Shown here: positions 10,242-21,834 of the stretch, piece after piece
Layout of the letters: each line of letters opens with the position of its first letter
How positions within the stretch are numbered: the stretch's first letter is position 1
Origin: Rhizaria sp. SCN 62-66
Lineage: Eukaryota
Direction: 5' to 3'
DNA: 41,224 bases
Assembly: GCA_001724265.1 (NCBI GenBank)
Contig: MEDY01000278.1
Location: forward strand, 1 to 41,224
Notes under the pieces: model-generated
The model's database searches: none
What the model was told of the DNA's origin: nothing
What the model saw: only the letters and a program-made list of their open reading frames with translations
Made by a program: the position numbers and the translations under genes

Positions 10242-13200
10242 ATGTCTCACGCGCTCACCGGCGCCCCGTACCCGCCGGGCGGCCCCGGCGCCAGCGGCTC
10301 GCAGTTGCCTCACTTGCCCGACCCCAGTCCCAGCTCTTCACTGTCGCCCAACGGTGCACAGCCGCAACAGCCGGCGTCATCCTCTGCGGCGCCCGTGTTT
10401 GGCCCCACGTCGCCGCCGCACCCCTCGTTGTTTGCCGCCCCGATGATGTCGTCCTCGTCCTCGTCCTCGTACCCGGCCGACTCGGTCTATAACTATAACA
10501 ACTCGGGCGCCGCTAACGGCTCTGCTACCAACGTGCCCGGGGCCAGCGCCGCGGCCGTGTCCGCCGCGCCCGGCGAGGACATCCGCTCAATCATCGCCGC
10601 GGCCCGCGCCACGGCCCCCGTCCCTGGAGCCGGAGCGGCTGGGTCGCCGCAGGCGGTGGGCGTCGAGGGCTATCCTCTATCACAACCGCGGTCACAGTAT
10701 CCGCAGTCGCAATACCCGCAGGCGGCGCAGGCCGTGCCGTGGGCGCAGCAGGGCGCGGGGTCGGCCTGGGAGCAGCAGGGCTCGGCGGGCTACAACGACC
10801 CGCGGCTTGTGTTGGGCGCCCCACCGATGAACTCGGCCTCGGTCGCGCTCTCCTCGCCAGTCGAAACGTACGTCAATTCACTAAACAAGAACAAAGCGGG
10901 GATATGTCTTCTTCCAGGAAATATATATTGACAATAACAATATTACAATTTATTAGTGCTTCTGATCAATACGCTCACACATCTTTGTAACGTCTATTTC
11001 TTACTTGAATCACAACTTCAGCCTGCCTGGTGCCACGGTGGCTCTGCGTCCGGGCCCGCAGTCGCCCTTCACGTCCGACCTGGCCACGGGCATTGGCGGC
11101 GCGGGCGGGCTCTCGGCCATGTCTGCGCGCCCCTCTGCGGCGCCGCTGTGCTGCTGCTGCGACTCGGGCGACTGTTGCGATTGTTGCCTCACCAACACCT
11201 TCCTGGCGCCGTGTCTGCGCGCGTGGGTCGACGCCACGACGGGCTCGGGCGCCTCGGCCGCGCGCCATGAGATGCGCCACGGCGTGTTGCTGCCGCTGGA
11301 CGCGGCGACCGCGGGCGCCAACTCGGCCGCGGCCCGCGAGCGCGTGGCGCTCTTCCGCGCGCGCCACGCGCAGGCCGTCGTCACGCGCGCGCTCTCGCCC
11401 TACCGCGCGCTGCTCGCGGCCGCCCGCGCGCGCGGCGCCCCCGCGGCGCTGGCCGCGCCCGCCGCGCCGCCAGTCTCGCTCACGGTCGCCGTGCGCGGCG
11501 CCGACGCGCTGGAGCCGCGCCGCGGGCTGCGCTTCCCGGCCGTGCGCGTGCACGTCGTCGACCTGCGCACGGGCGCGTACCTGGCCCCGTCCGCGCTGTT
11601 CCCGGCCGATTTGGCGAGCTACGGCGCGCAGTTCCAGCAGCAGGAGCAGCAGGACGGCGGGATGCTGCAGCAGCGCGTGCACGTGACCGCGGGCGGCGCC
11701 GCGCTGCCGTGGGTGCCCGCGCAGTGGACTGAAGCCGTCGACCTGCGCACAATGGCCGGGCAAGACTACTCGCGCGGGCGCGGGCGGGCCGGCGCGGCGG
11801 CCACGGCGGCGCGGCTCGCGCAGAGCAGGGGCGGCGAGGCGGCCGGCGATGTTTTCTCTGATATGCTGCGCAAGGGCTCCAACAACTACAACAACGGCGA
11901 CGGCAACGGCGCGGCCGCAAATGATAGCGACAGCGACGACGACTGCGGAGACAACGACGGCGGCGACAGCGACGACGACGGCAACAGCCCCGAGGGCAGC
12001 TTGCTCCGCAGCCGCAAGGGCACCAGCAGCTCCAGCTCCGGCTCCAAGAACGGTGACGGTGCGAACGTGCTGGTGCAGCGCGGGTCCTACGAGCCGCGGT
12101 GGACGGGCACGGGCTCCGTCCTACAGTTCCCCGACCTCTTACTATCGGACCTGCTCACGCCCTCGGCGCTGCTGCTGTTCGAGCTGCTGGACCTGGGCGG
12201 CCCGCTGTCGCCCGCGCTGCTGGCGCATCCTGAGTCAGACCCCGCCGTCTCGCGTCCCGACGCGCGTATCGCCTGGGCCTTTACGGTCCTGCAGAAGGCC
12301 CCCGTGCGCGGCTCGGGCCCCATGGGCTCGGGCACAAGCGCCGACGGCACCGCGCCCGCGGCGGCGTGGCCTGGCGCGAGTATGTTCAACACGGGTCCCG
12401 CGCGCCTGCAGCTGTACCGCTACACGCACGCGCCCGGCGCCTTCGCGGCCGCGCACCGGCCCGCGACGCCGCTGGTCTACTACGAGTGGGTATGGCAGAA
12501 AAATACGGCGCGCGTGCCCTACCCCTCGACGCTCTACACCGTCATCGGCGGACTGCCCCCGCCCGCGCTCGTCCGCGACTTGACGCTGGGTACCGCGCTG
12601 GGCCCCGCCTCGGGCTTCGCGGCCGCGGCCGGCGGCTGGGCCATCCCGCCCGAGGTGGCCAAGCAGCTGCAGCCGCACGACGTGGCCGTGCTGGCCGCGC
12701 TCGCCGCGGGCGCCCGCGCCGACGCCCAGGCGCGCCAGCTCGAGGCGCGCCGCCTCGCGCTGCTGGAGCGGCTGCTGGCCGTGTACTCACGCGCGGTCCA
12801 CGCCACTGGGCTCGCGCGGCCCGGCCGTGGCGGCGCGTCGCCCGCCCTTGTACGGCCGCCGCGGCTCGACGCGCGCCTCACCGAGCTGCTCTGCGGGCCG
12901 CAGGGCTGCTCCGCGCTGGCCTTCTCGCCGTCGGGGCTCATCCTTGCCGGCGCGTGCGGTGAGACGTTCAACTTCTGCATCAAGCTGTGGGAGTACGCGC
13001 CGATGCAGGAGCTGGCGCCGGGCGCCGCGGGCCACGCCGCGGCGCGCGCGCTTGCGCTCGGCGCGCTGGGCCCTCTCGCGCGCTCGTGGCGCCTGCTGCA
13101 GACGCTGCGCGGCCACAACGCGCTTATCCACGACGTGGCGTGGAGCCCCGACGGGCGCGAGCTCGTCTCGGCCTCAGCCGACGGCACCGCGATGGTGTGG

Positions 13201-15867
13201 GCCGTCGACTCGGAGGCGCTCCACGGCGCCTCGCTGCGCGCTGTCGACGAGCTGCGCCGCTCCGGGGGCGGGCTCACCGCCGCCGCGCTCGAGAGCAGCA
13301 GCGCCAGCACTAAGACGACGCCGCTGGTGGTCCCCGCGCCGGACCCGGCGGAGCTGGCGGTGCAGATGGCGGCACGCGCGAAGCTGTCCGCGCGGTCCAC
13401 GCCCGTGCTGGTGCTGCAGCACCTCACGTTCGTGTACGCGGCCAAGTTCTACGCCCCCAAGACGGAGCTGCGCGACGCCTACGGCGCGCCGCTGCCCGCC
13501 GAGCTGGCACCGCCGCCGCTGCTGCTCACGGGCGCCTTTGACGGCCGCGTGCGCGTGTGGTCTCGCGACGGCGCGCTGCTCGCCGTGCTCTCAGACGCCC
13601 CCATGCCCGCCGCCAGCGCGACTGGCGGCGCCAACACTGGCGCGCTGTCTGCGCGGGGCTCGCTGCACGCGGCGTCGGTGTCGGCCGAGGCGGAGCTCAT
13701 GCGCCAGGGCCTGCGCCCGGGCTCGGGCCGCGTGACCAACACGGCGGCCGCGGCGTCGCTGTCGTACACGGCCGCGCTCTCGGCCGCGTCACGCGCCGTG
13801 CTGTCGCCCGAGGTGTCGCAGGGCATGTACCTCTCCACGGTCGCCGACTCGGTCGACCAGGTCGCCGCGCTGCTCGCGCCCTCCTCCGCCGCGCTCGTCC
13901 CGTCCTCCGCGGCCCCCGGTGGCACTGCTCGTGGCGCGACTGGCATGAGTGGTGCAGCGGACGCGGCGCTGTTTGCGCAGTCGCCCGAGTCGCTGCCGCC
14001 CGGCGCGGCGCGCATCAACGCGTTGCTGGTCGCGCCCGGCGGCGGCAAGTTCTACACGGCCGACGCGCTGGGCCGCGTGCGGCTCTGGGAGGACCTGCAC
14101 GCCTTTGCACCCGTGCTGTTGCACACGGCCGACTTTGCGGGCGCGGGCATCTCGCCCGACGCCGTCGCCGCGGCCTCGGTCGTCGGCTCCGCAGTCGCGC
14201 TCGCGCAGGCCCAGGACCTGGACCTGCCCAGTCCCGATCTGGCCGAGGTTGCAGGCACTTTCGGCGGCGGCCACGCCTTCGCGCCGACGACGGCGGGCAG
14301 GCACCTCTTCTCGGGTGGCGCGCGCGTCAACGGACTCACCGCGCTCGAGTGGCGCTCACGCTTCCGCGTCTTCCGCACCATGTCCGCCTCGACCGAGAGC
14401 GCCGGCGGCGGGGTGGGGATCGCACCCGCGGCCGTGTCGTCGCTGGCGCTGGTGCCGCGGCCGCTGCCCGAGGCCGTGCTCGCGCTCTCGCACAGCAACG
14501 CCGTGTACTCGCTGCCGCTCACACAGATCACCGAGCCGCCGCGCGTGCTCGCCAACGCCGCGGGCTTCACCGCGCGTTCACAGCACCTCGCGCTCGCGCT
14601 GTCGCCCTGCGGCAGTACTCTGATCGCCGGCTCGGAGGACGGACGCGCGTACGTGTTTGACATCGCGCCCGAGGCCGCCGACGCGCTCGCGGCAGACCCG
14701 CCGCGCCCGGCCCCACCCGCGGCGCGCTCATCCCCCGGCCGCCTGTCGTACGTCGTCGAGGCGGGCTTCCCGCTGCCGCTGCGCGCCGTGGCCTGGAGCT
14801 CGGCGCTGCATGTGGCGGCTCTCGGCGCGTTCGGCGGCAACTACCCCGTCGTCATCATGGGACCCTCGCGGTCTGCCGCTACGCTCGCCGCCGCTGCCAA
14901 GGAGGACATGCAGCAGCAAAACCAACAACAGCATGGTCCTGTCGCCGGTGCGAGCGGTGCGCTGCCTCCGCTGCGCGGCGACTACGGCTCTGGGCTGACC
15001 CGGTCCGCGGCGCCGGAGCAGAGCGCGGCCAGCTCGACCGCGCTGGTACAGTGGGAGTCGCCCGGGCTGGCGGCCGCGCGCGAGGCCGCCATGGCGCGCG
15101 TCGCGGCCCGCATGCGCGCGCGCTACGGCATCGACCTACACGACACCAGCGCGCCCATTGTGCCCGTCTCCGCGCGCTCCGCACTGCAAGCGCAGGGACA
15201 GGAACAGGGGCTGAGGCAACCGGAGGTGGAGCACGCGTCGCGCGGGCTCGAGCTGCTGCCGCCGCCCGCCACGGCCTCGGTGGCGCCCGCCAAGACGGAC
15301 GGGCCGCTGGGGACGCATATCACACCCCCCAAGCCCGCGCCCGGCGGCGGCCACAGCAGCAGCCTTAGCGCCCGGGGCAGCGGGGGCGCCGCGAACGGCT
15401 TCACGCCGCCGTCGACCAACAGCAACGCGCACTCGGACAACAATAGCGCCGCGAGCGCCAGCGCCAGTGCGAGCGCGGCTGCGGCGACCACCGCGGCGCC
15501 GGGCTCGGCAGGCTCGCGCTCCGGCGCGGGGTCCCGCCTCAACGCCGGCTCAGGCTCCGCCTCGGTCTCGCGCCTCACCGCGGACGGCCCCGGCTCCGGT
15601 GTCGGTGCGACTGGGGCGAGGCCGCTGTCGGGCTCTGGCGCCGGCGCGGGCTCGGCTGGGGCCAGGCCCGGGGCCGGGCTCGACGCCTCGCGGCCGCGCA
15701 CGGCCACGACCCCTGCGCCCGCCTCTACTATGGGCGGGGCGGGGGCCGGGGAGCCGATGACACCGGTGCAGCGTCGGCTGGAACAGGAGATGTCCGAGCA
15801 CAGCGGAGGTTCGCTGCCGGGCACACCCGAGGGTCCGAACGATAACACGGAGCCGGGACTGTTTTAA
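10242..15867 (+). CDS. AHI1: Jouberin/AHI1-like ciliary transition-zone protein (C2-like region + WD40 propeller); 2 exons (10242-10867, 11022-15867)
   Basis: AHI1-type blocks in order: PAVRVHVVDLRTGAYL, LLLFELLD, IAWAF, RLQLY, YPSTLY, GCSALAFSPSGLILAGAC, GHNALIHDVAWSPDGRELVSASADGTAMVW, LQHLTFVYAAKF, LLTGAFDGRVRVW, SPCGSTLIAGSEDG. Phase-2 intron joins the two ORFs; ends TAA; no SH3 seen. Confidence 0.8.
10868..11021 (+). other. Spliceosomal intron in AHI1 gene (154 nt, phase 2)
   Basis: GTACGT...cacaacttcAG, AT-rich; AC+C restores frame between ORFs 10221-10931 and 11005-15867. Confidence 0.85.
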
Positions 15868-16235
15868 CACAAGACTCAGCACAAGGATCGCATTATGACT
15901 ACATATCTCATATGGTATGAGAACAAAAATTATGTTACTTTAGCAAGAAACGAATAATCGTATGTGCACTATTTCGGACGTACGATAAAAGAATACATTT
16001 CTTTAGATTAGCACATTTATTTCATTATCAAGTACATTGTACGTGTACGTACATGGCACACATGTTTGGAGAGATATCATCATTTGTATTACTAAAATTA
16101 CGACTAAGTAAACGACTTTTAAAAAATTATACATGAGGCAGCGGGCGAACTAAACACATTTTCAATCTTGAATAATTGGCCTCACTTCTAACATGACTGA
16201 CAGATAAACAACTGGCTGCGCTACACACTGCACAC

Positions 16236-18817
16236 TCAAAAGTTCCTGTTGCCGCCGCGGCCGTAAAGGTCGTCCTCGCCCTGTCCGCTGAGGTAGCCGC
16301 CGCTCATGCCGTGGTGGTCGTCCTGGACGGAGAAGCCGTCCCGGGCGGCGGCGCGCACGTCCTCGATGTCGCGCGTGGTGCGCTCGGCGCCGTCGAGCCC
16401 CAGATCGAGAATGTTCTTGGCGGCGAAGCGCAGGCCCGACGCGCCCGCGGCGCGCTGGCGGCGCTCGAAGTTGGTCACGGGCCTGGGCGCGCCCTCGTGG
16501 ACGGACTCGGGCCGCGTGAGCGACTTGGAGGCCACGCGGAAGTCGAACCCGCGCGCCGTGTACGTGAGCTGCTCCTGGTCCCACACGGCGCGCGAGCGCA
16601 TCATGGCCTCTTGCTCGGGCGGGATAAAGTGCTTGACGAGCAGCAGCTGGAACTCGAGGTGACGCTTGAGCTCCTGCACGTGATCGTAGAGGTCCTTGCG
16701 CTCGCGCTGCACGTACTGCTGCGCGTCCGCCGACGCCTGCTTCGCGGCGCGGTACTCGTCGCGCAGCTTCTCCAGCTTGCGCTGCAGAATCTGCACAGTC
16801 TCGCTTGCCTTGTTCGAGCGCTGCAACGCCATGTTGTATTCCTCTTCCTTGGCCTTGACCGCAAGCTTCTGCGCCTCCATCGCGCGCTCCTGTGAGTGAA
16901 CCGTGTTTATGAGACAGGAAATAACACAAAAAAGAGAAGTAAGAGTCGAACGGAGATAGAGTGAGGTCAGAGAGAAAACATCAATTTAGATTCTGAGCGT
17001 ATACCAATTGCATTTTTGTGATGGAGTGATAACACAGGAATAAGATATGATATAGTCCGTGACGTACGTGATCCTGGATCTCGGCCATGCGCTTCTCGAG
17101 CGCCTCGCCGTCCCTGCGCGCCTGCTCGGCGGTCTCACGGTCCATCTGCAGCCGCTCCTCGGCCAGCTGCAGCTGTGCCGCGATCTCGCGCTTGGTGCGC
17201 TGCTGCTGCTCCAGCAGGCGCGCGCGCTCGGCCAATTGGTGCTCCGTCGCGGCCGCCTTGGACTGCACCTCCTGCTGCAGCTCGTACAGCTGCCGCGCCT
17301 CCTCCTGGTGCCGCGCGAGCAGCTCCTCGCGCTTCTTGAGCGACTCCTGCTCGACCTGGTCCAGCTCTTCCTTGGCCACGCCCTGCACCTCGACCTTCTC
17401 CGTGATCTTGACGCGCTCGATCACGCCGCCGCCGCCCGCGCCGCCGCCCAGCGAGACGCCGCGCGAGGCGTACTCGCCGTTGCCCGCGGCCATGTCGTCC
17501 GTCGCCTCCAGCGCCGCGCGCAGACGCTTGATCTCGTCCTAACCGCAAGGAAACAATGGTTGAGGTCAAATGTGATTGGTACAGTTGTGAGTAAAATAAA
17601 AGGTTGCAATATAATTTGGGTGTAGTTTGTGTAAATTTCAATACAATAAAGACTCAACACATGTTACGTTGCGTGTTATAAGTATAATCAAATATCATGC
17701 GTGTCACGCGTACTTGGTACTCGCGCAGAAGACCGTCCTTGGGGTCCTCGTTGACGCGCGGCTTGTTTTTGATCAGCTTGGCACGCGACGCAAAGCGCAT
17801 CGTCTCGGTCGTCTCGTCGACGTTGTAGTCCGCGGGGCCAACGTTGGCGATCATCACGGTCTTAGTGTTGCCGCCGAGCGAGTCCATCAAGAGGCGGGTC
17901 AGCTGCGACTCGCGGTAGGGGATATGCGTCGCCGAGCGCGACGTGAGCGCCGAGATGACCTGGCCCAGGGTCATGAGCGACAGGTTGATCAGAATGCCTT
18001 CCTTAAGGCGCTGCCCCGTGGCCTGCGTTTTGGCCTGGCGCTCGGAGCCGGCCAGGTCGACCAGGTTGAGCTTGCCGAGGCGGATGTGCGCCTCGCCGTC
18101 CTCACGCACCATCGACGTCTCCACCGTCAGTGTAAAGATGCAATGCGAGCGCGACGAGCCCGGGTTCATCTTAGTCGCGCCCACCGCGCGGTGCGCCTTG
18201 GACATCGCCAGGTACTTGAGGCAGTCGGCGGAGGACTTGACGACGTGCTTGGCGGCGCCGACGACGACGAAGCCGCCGTCGGGCGAAGCCTTGAGCTGGA
18301 GCTTCGCTCGCTCCTGGCCGCGGACCGTCTCGCGCAGCAGGTCCATGACGTCCTCCTGGTAGATCTCAACGCACTGGCACGACACCAGGAACTGGTTCTG
18401 CGGATTTTTGGCCTGCTCGGTGGCGATGTGGGAGAAGATGTGGTCGAACGTGCGCGGGTTCACGCCGCGGAGCGCGTCGTCCGTGAACACGCCCTCCATG
18501 GTGTGCGTCTTGCCCGTGCCCGTCTGGCCGTACGCGAAGACCGTGCCGTTGTAGCCCTGCAGCACGAAGTCGACGATCTGTGCGACGGCGCGCACGTAGA
18601 CTTCCTCCTGTGTCGAGCTTTGAGAGAAGACGGCGTCGTAGGTGAACTCCTTCGGCTGCCCGTTGGCGTTCGCGCGTGGGTCGCGGATAATAATGCGGTG
18701 CGAGGCCTCGTCAACGGTGACAATGTCGGCGTTGCCGTTGGACTGCTCCTCTGAGTTGAGGGGACGGCAGCGCACGACGACCTGCACGCTCTCGCCCTTT
18801 TCTTTGTCGGATGACAT
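16236..18817 (-). CDS. Kinesin-2 (KIF3/FLA10/FLA8-type IFT motor subunit), ~742 aa; 3 exons (18817-17714, 17538-17068, 16889-16236)
   Basis: Motor motifs VVVRCRP, GYNGTVFAYGQTGTGKT, SSRSH, LVDLAGSER, HIPYRESQLTRLL. The kinesin-2 neck NEDPKDGLLREYQ|DEIKRLR is restored by splicing. Coiled-coil stalk and kinesin-2 tail motif RF..KNILDLGLD..ERTTRD; ends TGA. Confidence 0.92.
16890..17067 (-). other. Spliceosomal intron 2 of kinesin (178 nt, phase 0)
   Basis: GTACGT...ttcactcacAG; joins EIQDH to ERAMEAQ. Confidence 0.85.
17539..17713 (-). other. Spliceosomal intron 1 of kinesin (175 nt, phase 0)
   Basis: GTACGC...ccttgcggttAG; joins LLREYQ to DEIKRL. Confidence 0.9.
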
Positions 18818-19444
18818 CTTGAAAGCGCGAGCTGAGGTAGAGTTATGCAGTAGAACAAGAAAATAACAGAAACAATGTCAGAAATGCATGTTTAAAATTC
18901 ATGTTTGCCTGGTAGCAATGAAGATTGAACGCATCGTGAAGCAGGAGAGTCGGATATTTAGGGTCATCAAGGACGCTAACAAGGCGCGAGGCAAAGTCAA
19001 GCAGGAACCGGACCTGCAAAGCACTAGACAAGAGCAAATAACGCTATAATTTAAAAAATAGATACTAAACTCAACGTTAATACCGACAGCCGAAGATACG
19101 CTTCTTGAAAACGGTCTTATTATGACGTAAATCTCATTGGCGTTTTGCAAAGCAACGGCTCTCTTTTGAACCGCCCATTGGCCAGGCGAGTCGTCACAAA
19201 CTGCGGCCTCTGAACACAGTGATATGTACCGCATCGTAAATTCCGTTGCTTGCTATAATGCACGCACTACCATATACTACAAGCTCTATTTTATTTATTC
19301 TTTCTTTGACGCCGTGTGAGGACTTTGCCACATAGCGATATACCTTCCGTAAATCTCCCCTCTCGCTCACCAAGCAAGGTCTCAACTGCTTACTTTGCTC
19401 TTGGTTATTGCCTCGTCCTGTTTTCATTTCCCTTTTTAGACTCG

Positions 19445-21196
19445 ATGCTCGGTCGCAGCACCTCCGTTGCCTCCCGCCTGGCGCAGCTGGGCCACGCCGC
19501 CCTCGCGCACCCCAAGGCCGCGACCCGCTTCCTGGCCACCGCGCCCGCCCTCACCAAGGCCCTCAACGCCCGCACCTCCGCCGCCACTGTCCGCGTCCCT
19601 GCTGCTGCTGTTGCGCCTGCGATGGCCTCCGCGTCCGCGATGCTGAAGCCCCGCGTGCAGCTATTCCACTCGCTGTCCTCGCGTGCCCACGCCCGCTCCC
19701 CGCTCGCCTCTCTGCTGCGCCCGGCCCCCGTTGCCGCAACTTCCTCCGCTTCCTCGGCCGTCTCGGCCGCGGTCGCGCCCGTCGTCGCGGCTCCCGCGCG
19801 CGCCAAGTCCAGCGGCTGGGGCGCGGGCCTGGAGAAGAACCGCAAGTCCCTGTCTGACATTGAGGTGGCGGCGCTCGAGTCGGACGCGACCGTGGACAAG
19901 ATCGTCATCTACGAGATGCCGCCCACCGTTGTGGACAAGCTTAAGCGGCACATGTACGCCGCCGTGGGCACGGCCGTGCTGTACCCCATCGCCGTCTCGG
20001 TCATGAACTCGTACATCGCGTACCCGTACACGATCGGCGTGTCGCTGGTGGGCGCGCTGCTCTGCTTGCGCCAGATCAGCAACATCTTCGCGCTCCAGAT
20101 GGCCGTTAAAAAGATGACGGTGATCTGGCCCAGCGAGGACGAGCTCGCGCAGGACCGCGCTGAGGACTACGAGGCGCGCGCTGCGCTTAACCTGCGCGAG
20201 ACTGAGTCGCGTAACATGTACATGGTCGAGATGGAGGCGCGCAAGGAGGCCGCGGCGGCGCAGGAGCAGGCGCTACGCGAGGGCAAGTCTGAGGAGGAGG
20301 CCGCCGCCCTGGCGCGCGAGATCGTTGCGCAGAGCACGCCGATGATCGAGGCCGAGAGCGAGGAGATGTCCGCCATGCCCTCGCGGCTCATCATCCACCG
20401 TCTCGGCAACCCGTTCTCGCGCAGCGGCTCCGTCATCGAGGTCGACCCCACCAAGATCAAGACCCGCAAGCTCGGCCCCAACGCACAGGTACGCCAATAG
20501 CAAGTGCGAAGTTCTGGTTTATATGAGCAATTATTGAGGATTATTTGTTGTCTTGTTTAAAAATATCTGTGTTTTCATACGAGATTTATATAGTGTGTCA
20601 ATATCATATCATCTTGCGCTTCATGTTCTCACTTGCCATTTTTGCTTTGTTTCGTTTTGTTTTTGCTCTGTCACTCAGGTCGAGATCCCCCTGGTGCCCG
20701 AGGACGCCGCTGCGGCCATCGCACAGGACCCCCGCTACGCGGCCATGATGCTGTGGGCCGACGACACGATGCCCATCCTCTTCAACGCCGCCCACGTCAA
20801 GCACATCGGTGCCATGAACCAGCTCATTCAGGTACGCTTTTATACCAACAACAAGATATATCTTGCTCATATAATACCTCTTCAAGATGAAACTTAAGAT
20901 TTCTGTTGCAAACGTTGATATCTACCCACACATGAAACGTGCTATTTTTGACTAATACCACCTTTGTCATATCTTGTCATTTTTCATTGTTACGCACGCA
21001 GGCTGCCAACTCCAACGGTGTTGCCGAGGACCTTAAGGTGTCTCCCATTGGCCGCCGCTGGAACTTCGCGGGCCAGGGCGCTAGTGGTGCTCGCCAGGCT
21101 GCGGCTGCGGCCTCTGCCGGCGCCGCTGCCCCCGGCGCTGCCGCTCCCGGCGCCGCGGGCGCTGCCCCTGGCTCCCCCGCTGCTCCCCAGCAGTAA
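19445..21196 (+). CDS. Probable mitochondrial membrane protein with two TM helices (TMEM70/TMEM186/TMEM223-like architecture), ~463 aa; 3 exons (19445-20488, 20679-20831, 21002-21196)
   Basis: Long Arg/Ala/Ser-rich acid-free presequence (MLGRSTSVASRLAQL...), then IVIYEMP..VDKLK, two hydrophobic segments and AVKKMTV. Two phase-0 GTACGC introns join three ORFs; ends TAA. Gene model is solid, family call is tentative. Confidence 0.65.
20489..20678 (+). other. Spliceosomal intron (190 nt, phase 0)
   Basis: GTACGC...T-rich tract...tcactcAG. Confidence 0.85.
20832..21001 (+). other. Spliceosomal intron (170 nt, phase 0)
   Basis: GTACGC...TGACTAAT (branch-like)...gcacgcAG. Confidence 0.85.
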
Positions 21197-21834
21197 ATGC
21201 ACGGATGTTTGCAGTAGGCGTAGTGTTGTCTCGAAAAGTAAGAATCTATTTTATCAATCAAGCTGTTTTATATGCTAATACAAGTTATTTATGTGATTTC
21301 ATGACATTTTATTGTTGTTACTTCTGCCGTATCTCTATAAATGTGGATTGCCACAGCGTGACCGATGGAACACTGGTTGTGGCGCGGGATTGAGGGGTCC
21401 TCATCTCACCGCAAAAGCAACTCCTGATCATGCATGAAACTTCGACAGTTCGCCACACAATAACATTATTGTAACTCAACCGCAGATTTACACTTGCCCT
21501 TTAATTATTATTTCCCGCATCATATTTTCCAGCTCACGACACACACTCTTCTTCTTCCCTTTGCCCGGTCAAGTTGACCGTCGGGAAGACAGACTATCTT
21601 CTGTCTCGCCTGCATCTGCATCTTTATCTGTATCACTGCCTCTTTACCGTAAGGATATTTATTTTGTCACAGACGTGGCCCTTAGCGCCACACTTGTTAC
21701 CCGGAAAGAGAAGGCGACTTCTCCCCTAATTCCATCAGCCCTCTCGGGCTACTGCATTCACAAGCACCGAGCACGCATAGCGATAGCCCTGCGCACTCGA
21801 TCGCGCTCGCGCGCTTACAACACACTTGTCGGTG

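Noticed and set aside
21778-21786. Two in-frame TAGs upstream of the giant ORF as further recoding evidence
   Set aside because: They lie before the first ATG, are bounded by an in-frame TAA at 21727, and show no homology, so they are uninformative.
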